DNA of 63,305 nucleotides, counting the filler, from Pseudomonadota bacterium (GTDB lineage Bacteria; Desulfobacterota; Desulfobacteria; Desulfobacterales; JBDRRP01): NCBI GenBank assembly GCA_043825735.1. It is 4 parts of 4 records of this genome, joined end to end, with 100 filler letters (N's around TTAATTAATTAA, not from the genome) between each part and the next. Parts side by side here need not be neighbours in the genome. Positions count along the whole stretch, not along the records: positions 29,705 to 57,579 come from JBDRRP010000084.1; 3 more parts are not named here. The stretch is one strand, 5' to 3'. Shown here piece by piece: positions 39,865 through 49,400 of this stretch. The notes below the pieces were generated by a model. It was given only the letters and a program-made list of their open reading frames with translations. It had not been told where the DNA came from and did no database searches. The translations under genes and the position numbers were made by a program. The first letter of the stretch is position 1. Each line of letters starts with the position of its first letter.

Positions 39865-41556
39865 ATGTCGATGCCACCCGTTGAATTTCGTGCTGCCGTG
39901 GTACAGACTCTGGCGGCATTGGGAGATGTCGAAGAAAACATCCGGCTTCTGAAGACCTACACCCGGGAAGCGGTTCGTCAGAACGCGCGGTTGGTGGTTT
40001 TCCCCGAGTGTATGAACACCGGTTATCTTTTCGACTCCAAGGCACACTGCGCCGACCTGGCAGAACTTGTCTCCGGTCGTTATGTATCGGCCATGGCCGA
40101 ACTCTGCCGTACGCACAATATCCATATGGCCAGCGGCTTCACAGAGCGTGACGAGACCTCGGGAAAGATTTTCAATTCAGGCCTTCTCCTCGACCCGGCC
40201 GGAGATCTGATCCTGCATTATCACAAGCAGTTTTTGGCCACCCATGATCAGAATTGGTTTGAATTCGGAGAGAATGGGTGCCCAGTGGTGGATACCGAAC
40301 TGGGCCGGATCGGTCTGCTCATCTGCTTTGACGGCCGCATCCCTGAAATTGCCCGGTGCCTCGCATTGCAGCAGGCCGATATTGTCGTCGACATGGCCAA
40401 TTTCTTCGCTATGGACCAAGCCGATCTGTGGGTGCCGGCACGGGCGTACGAGAATGGGATGTGGTTTGTTGCGGCAACCAAATCAGGGGTGGAAAGGAGT
40501 ATTTACTACCCCGGAGGGAGCATGATCGTATCCCCCGATGGTGACATTGCCGCCCGTATACCCTGTGATCGTCACGGCGTGGTCAGTGCTGCCGTGTGCC
40601 CTGGCGCTGCCCGAAAAAAACAATGGTTTATTTCCGGTGACCGGTTTCTCGATCGCCGCCCGGATACCTACGCCATGATCCAGCAACCGGTTGCCGAAAC
40701 GCCCTTGAACGATATCCTCGCCACACCGCTTGTGCCGGAGAGCGCAACAACGAAGGGCGCAGCCGTTCAGGCCCACGCCACGCAGGCGCCGGCGAGCCTC
40801 GACGAGGCCATCGCCATGGTTGACCACACGGCCAAGCTTGGCGTCAAAGTGCTGGTGCTGCCCCAGTTTTTCAGTCTACCCACCTGGCTTCCGAATCAGG
40901 CGGAAGCCGAAACCGCCCAAAAAGAAATGGCCGGGGTGCGGCGGCAACTGAGCGCCATTGCATCCAGCCACAAGACCATTATCGTGGTGCCGGGTTTCGA
41001 CGCGGCCGCTGACGGACTGGTCCAGTCTGCGGTGATCATCGGCCCGGACGGTGAGGAAATCGGTCGCTACCATCAGGTGCATCCCGAGCCTGAAATTCGT
41101 GCTTTCGTTGTGCCCGGCGACCGTTTCTCAGTGTTTGAAACACCCTACGGCCGTTTGGGGATTCTGTTGGGCTACGATGGGATGTTCCCCGAAGCGAGCC
41201 GGGTCCTATCGTTGATGGGCGCCGATATGATTGCCTGGTCAAGTGCCTGGCGTGATCCGAAGGATCGCTCCCTGCTGGTGGTGCCTAAGGCCGAAGACAA
41301 CCGGATTTTTCTCATCTGCGCCAACCGCACGGACAGTCCCTGTCCCGGCGGTTCTCTGGTGGTGCCGCCCACGGGTTTCCCCCATTGGGATCTTACAGTG
41401 TCGGCCCCCCCAAACAGCCGCCATGGCGCGGTCATGCCGGGATTTGTTAATTTGGCGCTGGCAAGGCAAAAGTCGATGATTCCCGGGGTAGACATGCTGC
41501 GAAACCGCATGGTGCACACCTACGGGCCCATCGTGGAGACTGCGCCGACGCGGTGA
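39865..41556 (+). CDS. Tandem-domain carbon-nitrogen hydrolase (nitrilase superfamily)
   Basis: Domain 1 has the E-K-C triad (FPEC, YHKQ, ICFD); domain 2 repeats the fold with LPQF, YHQV, LGYD. Confidence 0.9.
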   Translation: MSMPPVEFRAAVVQTLAALGDVEENIRLLKTYTREAVRQNARLVVFPECMNTGYLFDSKAHCADLAELVSGRYVSAMAELCRTHNIHMASGFTERDETSGKIFNSGLLLDPAGDLILHYHKQFLATHDQNWFEFGENGCPVVDTELGRIGLLICFDGRIPEIARCLALQQADIVVDMANFFAMDQADLWVPARAYENGMWFVAATKSGVERSIYYPGGSMIVSPDGDIAARIPCDRHGVVSAAVCPGAARKKQWFISGDRFLDRRPDTYAMIQQPVAETPLNDILATPLVPESATTKGAAVQAHATQAPASLDEAIAMVDHTAKLGVKVLVLPQFFSLPTWLPNQAEAETAQKEMAGVRRQLSAIASSHKTIIVVPGFDAAADGLVQSAVIIGPDGEEIGRYHQVHPEPEIRAFVVPGDRFSVFETPYGRLGILLGYDGMFPEASRVLSLMGADMIAWSSAWRDPKDRSLLVVPKAEDNRIFLICANRTDSPCPGGSLVVPPTGFPHWDLTVSAPPNSRHGAVMPGFVNLALARQKSMIPGVDMLRNRMVHTYGPIVETAPTR

Positions 41557-41610
41557 GCGCCTCGCGACACAACGGGCCAATGCTGCCGTGATGGTCAGGC
41601 CGCGACCCTT

Positions 41611-43485
41611 TTGGTGATGATGTTAATGGAGAAGGCCGTGACCCTATCTGCCAAAAATCTGCCATTGTCTCTTTGCATCCAGAATCTGATCGACGGGTAT
41701 CAATCCGGCACTGTCGCCATTTTAGACGTGTTGGACAACGTGTTGGAAAGCGTCTCCGCTGAAGACACGCACTGTATCTGGATTCGGTTGGTGGCCACGG
41801 AGATGGTCCGTGACAAGGCCAAGACCCTATCGGCACGCTGGGAAAAACTGGATCGGCAGCACCGTGCCGCCGAAATGCCTCTTTACGGTGTGCCATTTGC
41901 AGTCAAAGACAATATTGACGTTGCCGGCATGCCCACCACGGCCGGATGCCCTGAGTACGCTTATGTGCCGACCCGTTCGGCAACGGTGGTTACGCGTCTT
42001 GAGGCGGCGGGTGCCGTGTTGATCGGCAAGACCAATATGGATCAGTTCGCCACGGGCCTTACGGGCACCCGATCCCCTTACGGTCCCTGTAAAAACGCAT
42101 TTGACCCAAAATATATTTCCGGTGGATCCAGCGCCGGCTCCGGTGTTGCCGTGGCCCGGGGGCTGGTGTCATTTGCACTGGGGACGGATACGGCCGGTTC
42201 CGGCAGGGTGCCGGCCGCATTAAACAATGTGGTGGGGTTGAAGCCCTCTCGCGGGCTGGTCTCCACGGCCGGTGTCGTGCCGGCCTGCCGATCCCTCGAC
42301 TGCGTGTCGATTTTTGCCAACAACTGCTTGGACGCCGCCGCGGTGCTGAAGATCATCGCCGGCCCGGATGGCAAGGACTGTTTTTGTCGCAGACACCCCC
42401 CGGCCAATGACCGTCGGCTGAATCGGCCAATTGTGTTCGCGATCCCTGATGATCTGGAATTTTTCGGTGACAGGTTGAATGCCCAACTCTTTGAGCGCGC
42501 CGTGCAGCAGATGGTGGCCATGGGAGGGACAGCCGTTCAAGTGGACTACACACCGTTCAAAGATGCTGCCAGGCTACTTTATGACGGCCCATGGGTTGCC
42601 GAGCGGTGGGCCGCCTTGGAAGCATTTATTTCAACGCAGCCCGAGGCGGTTCATCCCGTTGTGAGTAAAATCATCAGAGAGGGGAAAAAATACTCTGCCG
42701 CCGATGCCTTCAAGGCAGCCTATTACCTCCAGGACTTGAGATACCAATCGGACGAAATCTTCTCGCGGATCGACTTTCTGATGGTGCCCACGGTGCCCAC
42801 CATCTACACCATCGATGTGGTAGGCCACGACCCTGTGGGCACCAACAAAAACCTTGGGTATTACACCAATTTCGTCAACCTGCTCGATCTTGCCGCCATT
42901 GCCGTACCGTCTGGGTTCAGAACCGATGGACTGCCCTTTGGCGTCTCATTAATCGGACCGGCTCTCGATGACAACTTCCTGTTGTCGGTCGGGGGGGCGT
43001 TTCAAGATGCGACGGCAAAAGATGCGAAATCCACGGTGCCATTATCCATTCTGCCCAAGAATGGGCCATCGCCCCCGGAAACAGTGCCATTGGCCGTGGT
43101 CGGGGCCCACTTGAGCGGCCTCGCCCTAAACCATGAACTGATCGATATAGGGGCATCCTTCTGCTGTCAATGCCGAACAGCGCCGGTTTATCGCCTTTTC
43201 CATCTGCCGAAGACTACCCCCCCAAAACCGGGGCTGGTGCGGGTGGCCACCGGAGGGCAGCGTATCGATATCGAGGTATGGCGCGTACCATTGACGCGAT
43301 TGGGGGCCTTCATCATGAAAATCCCCGCACCCCTCGGCATCGGCACCCTCCTTCTTGACGATGGTCAGAACGTCAAGGGGTTTATCTGTGAGGGGTCGGC
43401 AGCGGATGGCGCTCGCGATATCACGGCGTTTGGCGGATGGCGCCAATACATTGCGCAGTGCATGGGGGAGGATTTTGGTATATGA
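41611..43485 (+). CDS. atzF: Allophanate hydrolase (amidase-signature domain plus C-terminal domain); true start may be GTG 41638
   Basis: AVKDNID, GKTNMDQFATGL, GGSSAGS, GTDTAGSGRVPA, LGYYTNFVNLLD and C-domain LAVVGAHLSG...DITAFGGWR. Confidence 0.93.
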   Translation: MVMMLMEKAVTLSAKNLPLSLCIQNLIDGYQSGTVAILDVLDNVLESVSAEDTHCIWIRLVATEMVRDKAKTLSARWEKLDRQHRAAEMPLYGVPFAVKDNIDVAGMPTTAGCPEYAYVPTRSATVVTRLEAAGAVLIGKTNMDQFATGLTGTRSPYGPCKNAFDPKYISGGSSAGSGVAVARGLVSFALGTDTAGSGRVPAALNNVVGLKPSRGLVSTAGVVPACRSLDCVSIFANNCLDAAAVLKIIAGPDGKDCFCRRHPPANDRRLNRPIVFAIPDDLEFFGDRLNAQLFERAVQQMVAMGGTAVQVDYTPFKDAARLLYDGPWVAERWAALEAFISTQPEAVHPVVSKIIREGKKYSAADAFKAAYYLQDLRYQSDEIFSRIDFLMVPTVPTIYTIDVVGHDPVGTNKNLGYYTNFVNLLDLAAIAVPSGFRTDGLPFGVSLIGPALDDNFLLSVGGAFQDATAKDAKSTVPLSILPKNGPSPPETVPLAVVGAHLSGLALNHELIDIGASFCCQCRTAPVYRLFHLPKTTPPKPGLVRVATGGQRIDIEVWRVPLTRLGAFIMKIPAPLGIGTLLLDDGQNVKGFICEGSAADGARDITAFGGWRQYIAQCMGEDFGI

Positions 43486-44234
43486 TGCCGGCAGCAGCGA
43501 CAGGCATCAACGTTGGCCGTTCACCGGCAATTACCCCATACGAAATTATGAACAGCTCAAGACAAAGCCTTAGTGCCAAAATCATTGCCACGTTGAAGGA
43601 CCGTGTTCTGCAGTGGGAATACCTGCCCGGGCAGCGGTTAACCGAAGAGGGCTTGAGCAAAGAGTTCGAAGTGAGCCGGAGCCCTGTGAGAGAGGCGCTA
43701 CGGGTGTTGGCGGCCAATGGCTTCATTGAAAAGAAAGTCCACCAGGGATATTTGGTCAAGCAGTTGGATGCCGAAGAAATAAAGGACCTGTATGAACTGC
43801 GCATGGCCCTTGAAATTTACGTTGTGGAGCGTCTCGCCGTCGTAGGAATCCGCGAAGAAATAAAACAGGCGCTGGTTGACCACTGGTCGACGGCGATTGA
43901 TTCCGGGGCGAATCTTTCCAATGAAACGCTATCCACCATGGATCAATCTTTCCATGAGGCCTTGGCCGTGGAATTGGGCAATCGGGTCCTCGCTCAACAG
44001 TTGGCGGCGATCAACGAAAGACTCAGCCTTTTCAGGGTCATCGACTTTTCAATTGAAGACCGGGCCAGGAGTACTGCCCGTCAGCACTTGGACGTCTTGG
44101 AACGTATTGCCGCTCACGATATTCTTGGAGCTCGTGAGGCGATCACAAATAATATCCAGATCAGCCGTGACAACGTGCACAAGACCCTAACGGAAGCGCT
44201 GGGGCGGGCCTACTTGAGACAGCGGGCATCTTAA
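43482..44234 (+). CDS. GntR family (FCD) transcriptional regulator
   Basis: PGQRLTE...VSRSPVREAL HTH, DQSFH, QHLDVL; ATGA overlap with the atzF stop. Confidence 0.92.
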   Translation: MMPAAATGINVGRSPAITPYEIMNSSRQSLSAKIIATLKDRVLQWEYLPGQRLTEEGLSKEFEVSRSPVREALRVLAANGFIEKKVHQGYLVKQLDAEEIKDLYELRMALEIYVVERLAVVGIREEIKQALVDHWSTAIDSGANLSNETLSTMDQSFHEALAVELGNRVLAQQLAAINERLSLFRVIDFSIEDRARSTARQHLDVLERIAAHDILGAREAITNNIQISRDNVHKTLTEALGRAYLRQRAS

Positions 44235-44567
44235 CCGCCTTAATCAACAGAAAAACCAGACCTCATTACATATAGAGAGGGCATTGAGGGAGCTGGGGAC
44301 GCCCCAATAATTTCGATTCCCTTGATCACATCCGGAAAATATTTCCGTTCATTGGTGATCGCCGTTATAGAATGGGGAATTGGGGTCGCCAAGCTATCTG
44401 ACTGACATTCCAACAATAATCTCGAAAATTCCCCATCCAGATTACCCTTTAACGCACTTTTTGGGCGCAAAACCGGCGGTTTAGGGCGGATTCGCCGCAG
44501 AACTGAAGGCTGTTTGACCCAGGCATACCGCAAAGTACCAGCCGCGCCTCGAACCGCTTTTGAATTG

Positions 44568-44590
44568 AAAGCCACCGGCTTTGCCGGTGG
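44568..44590. repeat. 23-bp hairpin-containing repeat, copy 2
   Basis: Identical to 32300-32322. Confidence 0.75.
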
Positions 44591-44752
44591 TCGTCCACTT
44601 ACGCAACAATGAACGCACTTGACGTTTAGTGCTGAAATGGGGGTCGCAACCCCCGTTAGCGAACGAAACGTCAAATCTATGGAACCCATGCATATTTGAC
44701 ACTTCGTATCATTAAAGGGGGTAAATTTACCTATAACGGAACAGAGCGTACA

Positions 44753-45550
44753 ATGAGAACAGCCGATTTCTTCGATACACACCCAGTTTTCACGCTGGAT
44801 GAGGCGGTCAAAACACTCGCACCAGTAGGCGGACGTTCCGGAACGGTTGAAAGACTGAAGCATCATTTGAATACCGGCCGCCTTAAGCGCGTTTCTCGGG
44901 CAGTGTACGCTGTCGTGCCCCCTGGCCAATCAACCGAAGGATTGCAGCCGGATCCATATTTGGTCGCGGCTGCCGTCCGCCCCGATGGTGTTTTCTCTTA
45001 TCACAGCGCCCTGGGTCTACTCGGTGCCGCCCATTCCGTGTGGAAGCGGCACACGCTTTTTGTAGAAAAGCGTCGAAAACCAATTCAGCTAAATAACGTC
45101 GAGATCTGTTTTCTGGAGCACCCGGGTCCGATGCGAACTGCAACCTGTTCAAGGCAGGGCATCCGTCGGGTCGAATATGGCGGCCGGCTTCTCAAGGCCA
45201 CAGGCCCTGAACGCACGTTGGTTGAAGGTTTCAGGAGACCGGCGGCTGTTGGCGGATTGGAGGAGTTAGTCAACGCCGCTAGCGGATTTGCGGTGCTTGA
45301 TCTCGATCTGCTTCAGCAGATCCTTCACTGTTACGGCATCGCAAACCTGTGGGCAGCTATCGGCTGGTTCCTTGAACAATTCCGCAGAACCTTCCACGTA
45401 TCCGAAGACGTGCTCGAACGTTTTGTCCACCATGCCCCTAGGGCGCCGCAATACCTGGAGCGTAATCGGCGAAATGGCGTGCTGGCAGCGCGATGGAACA
45501 TTCTGCTGCCGCAAGAACTCATGAATTTGGGAGGGCCGGATGAGCGTTAG
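44753..45550 (+). CDS. Type IV TA system AbiEi-family antitoxin, paralog of 31046..31846
   Basis: Same MRTADFF.THPVF start; SYHSALGLLG, ERTLVE, WNILLP. Confidence 0.85.
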   Translation: MRTADFFDTHPVFTLDEAVKTLAPVGGRSGTVERLKHHLNTGRLKRVSRAVYAVVPPGQSTEGLQPDPYLVAAAVRPDGVFSYHSALGLLGAAHSVWKRHTLFVEKRRKPIQLNNVEICFLEHPGPMRTATCSRQGIRRVEYGGRLLKATGPERTLVEGFRRPAAVGGLEELVNAASGFAVLDLDLLQQILHCYGIANLWAAIGWFLEQFRRTFHVSEDVLERFVHHAPRAPQYLERNRRNGVLAARWNILLPQELMNLGGPDER

Positions 45551-45911
45551 CCTTGAGTACCTGCAGCGCTGTGCTGAGCAGACCGGCTATGCCACCGGGC
45601 CGATAGAAAAAGTCGTCCGGCTCGGAGACCTCGCCGCAGACATAGCACGGCACCCGGTCCTGGGCAGCGTTTTGGCACTTAAAGGCGGCACTGCGCTGAA
45701 CCTGTGCTTTGGCCCTCCCTCACGACTTTCCCTGGATCTCGATTTCAACTATATCGGGCACCTCGATCGGGAGAGCATGCTTGCAGATCGGCCGTTAGTG
45801 GAACAAGTCCTTATCGAACTTGCCCGCCGCAAGGGGTATCGCGTTTGGTTGGACGAATTTGAGACAAAGTCGGAACCCGCCACAAATCCGGCGGGTAAAG
45901 CTCGCTTCTAA
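45540..45911 (+). pseudogene. Truncated AbiEii nucleotidyltransferase toxin
   Basis: LKGGTALN...RLSLDLDFNY motif, but only 123 aa and ending at the att-like repeat. Confidence 0.8.
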
Positions 45912-46033
45912 GGAAGCTTGTGCGCCTCCGGCGCATTCAAATCTTCCGCCACAAACCCGGCGGATAAATCTCGCCCCGACCAAAAAACGTATGAAACAAG
46001 GGTGTTGCTTCGGCAACGCCCCTTTTTCATTTT
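45910..46033 (+). repeat. ~124-bp direct repeat, copy 2: disrupted tRNA-Pro 3' end plus terminator (att-like)
   Basis: Near-identical to 36274-36396, offset 9636 bp. Confidence 0.8.
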
Positions 46034-46385
46034 TACGGAATACGCAACATCCCTCCTTTCTCTGTCAATTCATCCCTTGAGGCGTTGACGCCTTTTGCTA
46101 CAAAAACCGTTTTCAGCGCAGAGGCGCAGAAAATCCATTGTTTTGATTTCGAGATCGGCTGTCTCCACGAACCGAAACCCGCTTTTCTCCGTTCACTATG
46201 CGCCACTTGTCCGCCGTAGCCTCTGGCGAAGGAGGGGCGTCTGCCGTCTGCACGCCATCTCACCACGTACGAATTCAACCCCTTGTTATTAGTGTAGTTT
46301 TCTATTGACGCACATAACCTAAAGATTCATAATTGCAACGTTTTTAAGCCCTTACCGAATTTTAAGGCGATGAAAGAGGCTTGAA

Positions 46386-48662
46386 ATGGTAGAATCGGAT
46401 TTCAAACTGGATGAAGACGCCCTGGCGCTGTTCAATTCCATCGGCGGGATCGACACCCGCAAAAGAACCGGCCTGTCGCCCACCGGCCGCCGGGAGATGG
46501 AAAATAAACTGCTCGAGGAGCAAAAACGCTATGACCGGGTCAGGGTTGAATTGTCCCGCCTGCTTTTTGAAACCGGACGCTATCTCAAGGGAAAGGGCCT
46601 GCAGCCACCTAATGCCAGCGACATGGCCATCTTTAATGAAATCAGATCCATCTGCCGGGAACTGACCGAATTTCCCGCCCGCAAAAAAACGATCCTGCTC
46701 AGATACCGGGGATTGTCCTCGAATCCGAAGGCCGCTAAAAGCTCAGGCTATGAGGTCATTTTCGATGACATCCTGCTCAACTCGGAGATCGCCGAGGCCG
46801 CAGAAAAACGTCAAGGCAAAACGGCCAACAGCCTGTTGGGTGAAATGGAAAAAAGCTTCAAGATGTTTGACGATAAAGGGATCAGCAGTCTTTTTCTGAG
46901 ACTGCCCCAAAACGAAAAGATGATGGATCAGACCATCGAATCCTTGCAGATTATCGCCCAGTATTTCGAGGCGGTGAAAAGCGGCGGCGCCATCATTCTG
47001 ACCCGGGGCGATCGGACCCTGGCCTTCAAGCCGGTAACCGATGAATTGAATAGCCCGGACCTCAATCTCACCCTGCTGGCCATCTTGAACAATTTGAAGC
47101 CCCAGACCATCGGCGGGCTGGTTGAAAAAGTCAATACAATCATCCGGAAGCAAGCATCATCGGTCTCCTACGATCAGCAGTTGAATGTCTACAACTTTAT
47201 CTTCAGAATCAAAAAACTGCGGGATCGCCTCATTCGCCCCCCCATTGAGGCAAACAACCTCAAGTGGCTGGTCGTCGACAACGAGTCTGAACAAATTTCC
47301 AAGGAAAAGGCCCAGGTGGCCCGGTTCGCCGTGGATTGCGCCGGCGGCCAGCATGTCCAGACGGCCCGGCTCCTAAAAAGCGTTTACGGAAAGGATTATG
47401 GCGAAATCGATTCCCGGGAGGTGGCTGAAAGACTGCAGATGAGCTCAGGGCTTCTGAACTCCATCGAGAGCACCACAAAGGACAAGGATGTCGAAAAGGA
47501 GATCATCACAAACGTCGAAAAGCGGCTGGATCAGGTGCACGATGATGTCTACGACAACCTGGTGGTTTCCGCCGGCCAGGTAACAACGCTCACCGGATCA
47601 AAGGAGACCTTCCTCGGCAAAGTCAATTCCAGAATCACCGGTCTCGTGTCCTTTTTTAAAAAGCGATCGGTGACCAAGCGGAAGATGCGGACCATTGTTA
47701 ACCGGGTGGTGGATTTCGACAGCCAGGACTACAAGACGCTGGCTGAAGACTTTGCGGTGACCGAAGAGGAGGCCAAAGACCTCATCGAGATGCTGAAAAG
47801 CTGTTTTGACGAAAAAGGCAATTTCAAGAAAGGCACGTTTGCAAAAATCATCCCTGAATTTGTCCGCTATGAGCGTCGCATCTTCGAGTTTCTCTGGCAT
47901 TACCTGAAGGAGGCGGTCCATCAGACGGACCGCACCGCCTTCATTAACTCCCTTCAGTTGCTCGTTGCCCGGTTGAAGCAGCCCAAGAGCGCGCTGAAAA
48001 TCATTCTGGACGATCTGTGCAAAAACTCGAATGTCGTGAAGTTCGCAGACCGCAAAGCCTTCATGCTGGGCAACCTGCTGGTGCGCAAATACAATCATGA
48101 ACTGGTCGACTACCAGTTTACGCCGGAAGACGTGCTGGACGTCCGCGAAGGCCTGGAAAAAAATATCACCGCCTACGCGCAATGGAAAATCGGACATTCC
48201 CGAGAAGAGATCGCCGAAAAGGTGTCCACCATGCACAAGCGGCTGCGGGAGGCCCTCGACGCAAAAGAAGACGACCGCCCCGTATCGATGGATGTGCCCT
48301 ACCTCATCGGCCAGGAGCGAGAGGCCATGATCTTTTTTTCATTGGTTGGCGGCGACGGCGCGGCAACGATCGTTTTCGGCGCCTTGAATGAATACGGTGA
48401 TCCCGGAGCCGATATCTACAACCTTCGGCAAAGCCGAAGCTACCTGGCCGATCTGCTGCAGATGCTCAAAGTCCTGGTCCGTGGGGCGGGCCGGTTTGAA
48501 GCCAGTGAGCACACAGCCAGCCTTGACCTGATCAAAAATAATCTAAGCGGCTTTACCGGGCTGATCAGCGCCCCCCACCACGAAGATTTGTTGAACCAGA
48601 TTAAAAAGCGCCTGGCCATGTCACAACGGGCTGAGCAATGGCAATCCATCCCCTCGCGCTGA
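46386..48662 (+). CDS. Large hypothetical alpha-helical cytoplasmic protein
   Basis: 758-aa uninterrupted ORF with host-like codon usage; no motif recognised. Confidence 0.8.
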   Translation: MVESDFKLDEDALALFNSIGGIDTRKRTGLSPTGRREMENKLLEEQKRYDRVRVELSRLLFETGRYLKGKGLQPPNASDMAIFNEIRSICRELTEFPARKKTILLRYRGLSSNPKAAKSSGYEVIFDDILLNSEIAEAAEKRQGKTANSLLGEMEKSFKMFDDKGISSLFLRLPQNEKMMDQTIESLQIIAQYFEAVKSGGAIILTRGDRTLAFKPVTDELNSPDLNLTLLAILNNLKPQTIGGLVEKVNTIIRKQASSVSYDQQLNVYNFIFRIKKLRDRLIRPPIEANNLKWLVVDNESEQISKEKAQVARFAVDCAGGQHVQTARLLKSVYGKDYGEIDSREVAERLQMSSGLLNSIESTTKDKDVEKEIITNVEKRLDQVHDDVYDNLVVSAGQVTTLTGSKETFLGKVNSRITGLVSFFKKRSVTKRKMRTIVNRVVDFDSQDYKTLAEDFAVTEEEAKDLIEMLKSCFDEKGNFKKGTFAKIIPEFVRYERRIFEFLWHYLKEAVHQTDRTAFINSLQLLVARLKQPKSALKIILDDLCKNSNVVKFADRKAFMLGNLLVRKYNHELVDYQFTPEDVLDVREGLEKNITAYAQWKIGHSREEIAEKVSTMHKRLREALDAKEDDRPVSMDVPYLIGQEREAMIFFSLVGGDGAATIVFGALNEYGDPGADIYNLRQSRSYLADLLQMLKVLVRGAGRFEASEHTASLDLIKNNLSGFTGLISAPHHEDLLNQIKKRLAMSQRAEQWQSIPSR

Positions 48663-48908
48663 TGTCGCTGACCACCGATCACCGCCCCCCGCCACAGAGT
48701 CCTCTGGCGCGCTTCTGTTGTTAATGCACCCCTAGGGCTGGTACAGGTACTTTCGGGTTCTCGGGAACGCCCTTGGAATTTCAATTTCCTATACTGAGAA
48801 CTTAGCATACGGGGCTTTTGAGTGCTCAAGCCAGATAGCGCCTTGAAATGATCGCTCGCTGTTGAAGGGCCGAGCGCGCAGGGCAATACGAAGGCCGGCC
48901 GCTACGTC

Positions 48909-49394
48909 TTATTTCAACCTTTCGGAAACGGTCCGGGCCAGGGCACTTATCTTCTCTTGCACTGCCGGCGAGGCCGCATCTGCGGTAATGGTGACATAGT
49001 ACACGCCCTGGTGCAGGAGGCCGTAGTAATCAAACAGCGCGCCGTTTGTCCCGGCTTTCAGCGCCCGGCCGCCATCGCCCCTTTTCTCCCGGTAAATGAT
49101 TTCCGCGCCGCCGGGAGAGGCCATCTGATACAGTTCCACCGTGATGACGTGCCCGTCGGTCAGGACATACTCCTGGAAGATGGCCCGGACAAATCCGTGT
49201 TTGAGAAATGACACGGCGCCCCCGTCAATCAACTGAAAGAGTTGTTCGCCGCGGGCTTCGACCGGTTCACCAACGGAGGCGATTTCGCTGAAATCGGCCC
49301 CGGTGGGAAGCAACCGTTTCAAGTCGTCCGCTGCAAGGGCGTCCGTGGAATACACCGCGAGCATCAGCAATAGCGCCCAGCAATACTTTGCCAT
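48909..49394 (-). CDS. Hypothetical exported protein (DUF6599-like)
   Basis: Signal peptide; LFQLIDGGA, VELYQM, GVYYVTI pattern. Confidence 0.7.
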   Translation of the reverse strand: MAKYCWALLLMLAVYSTDALAADDLKRLLPTGADFSEIASVGEPVEARGEQLFQLIDGGAVSFLKHGFVRAIFQEYVLTDGHVITVELYQMASPGGAEIIYREKRGDGGRALKAGTNGALFDYYGLLHQGVYYVTITADAASPAVQEKISALARTVSERLK

Positions 49395-49400
49395 CGTCTG

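Noticed and set aside
44240..44929. 229-aa minus-strand ORF as a real gene
   Set aside because: It runs through repeat elements, overlaps the AbiEi gene antisense and has no recognisable motif.
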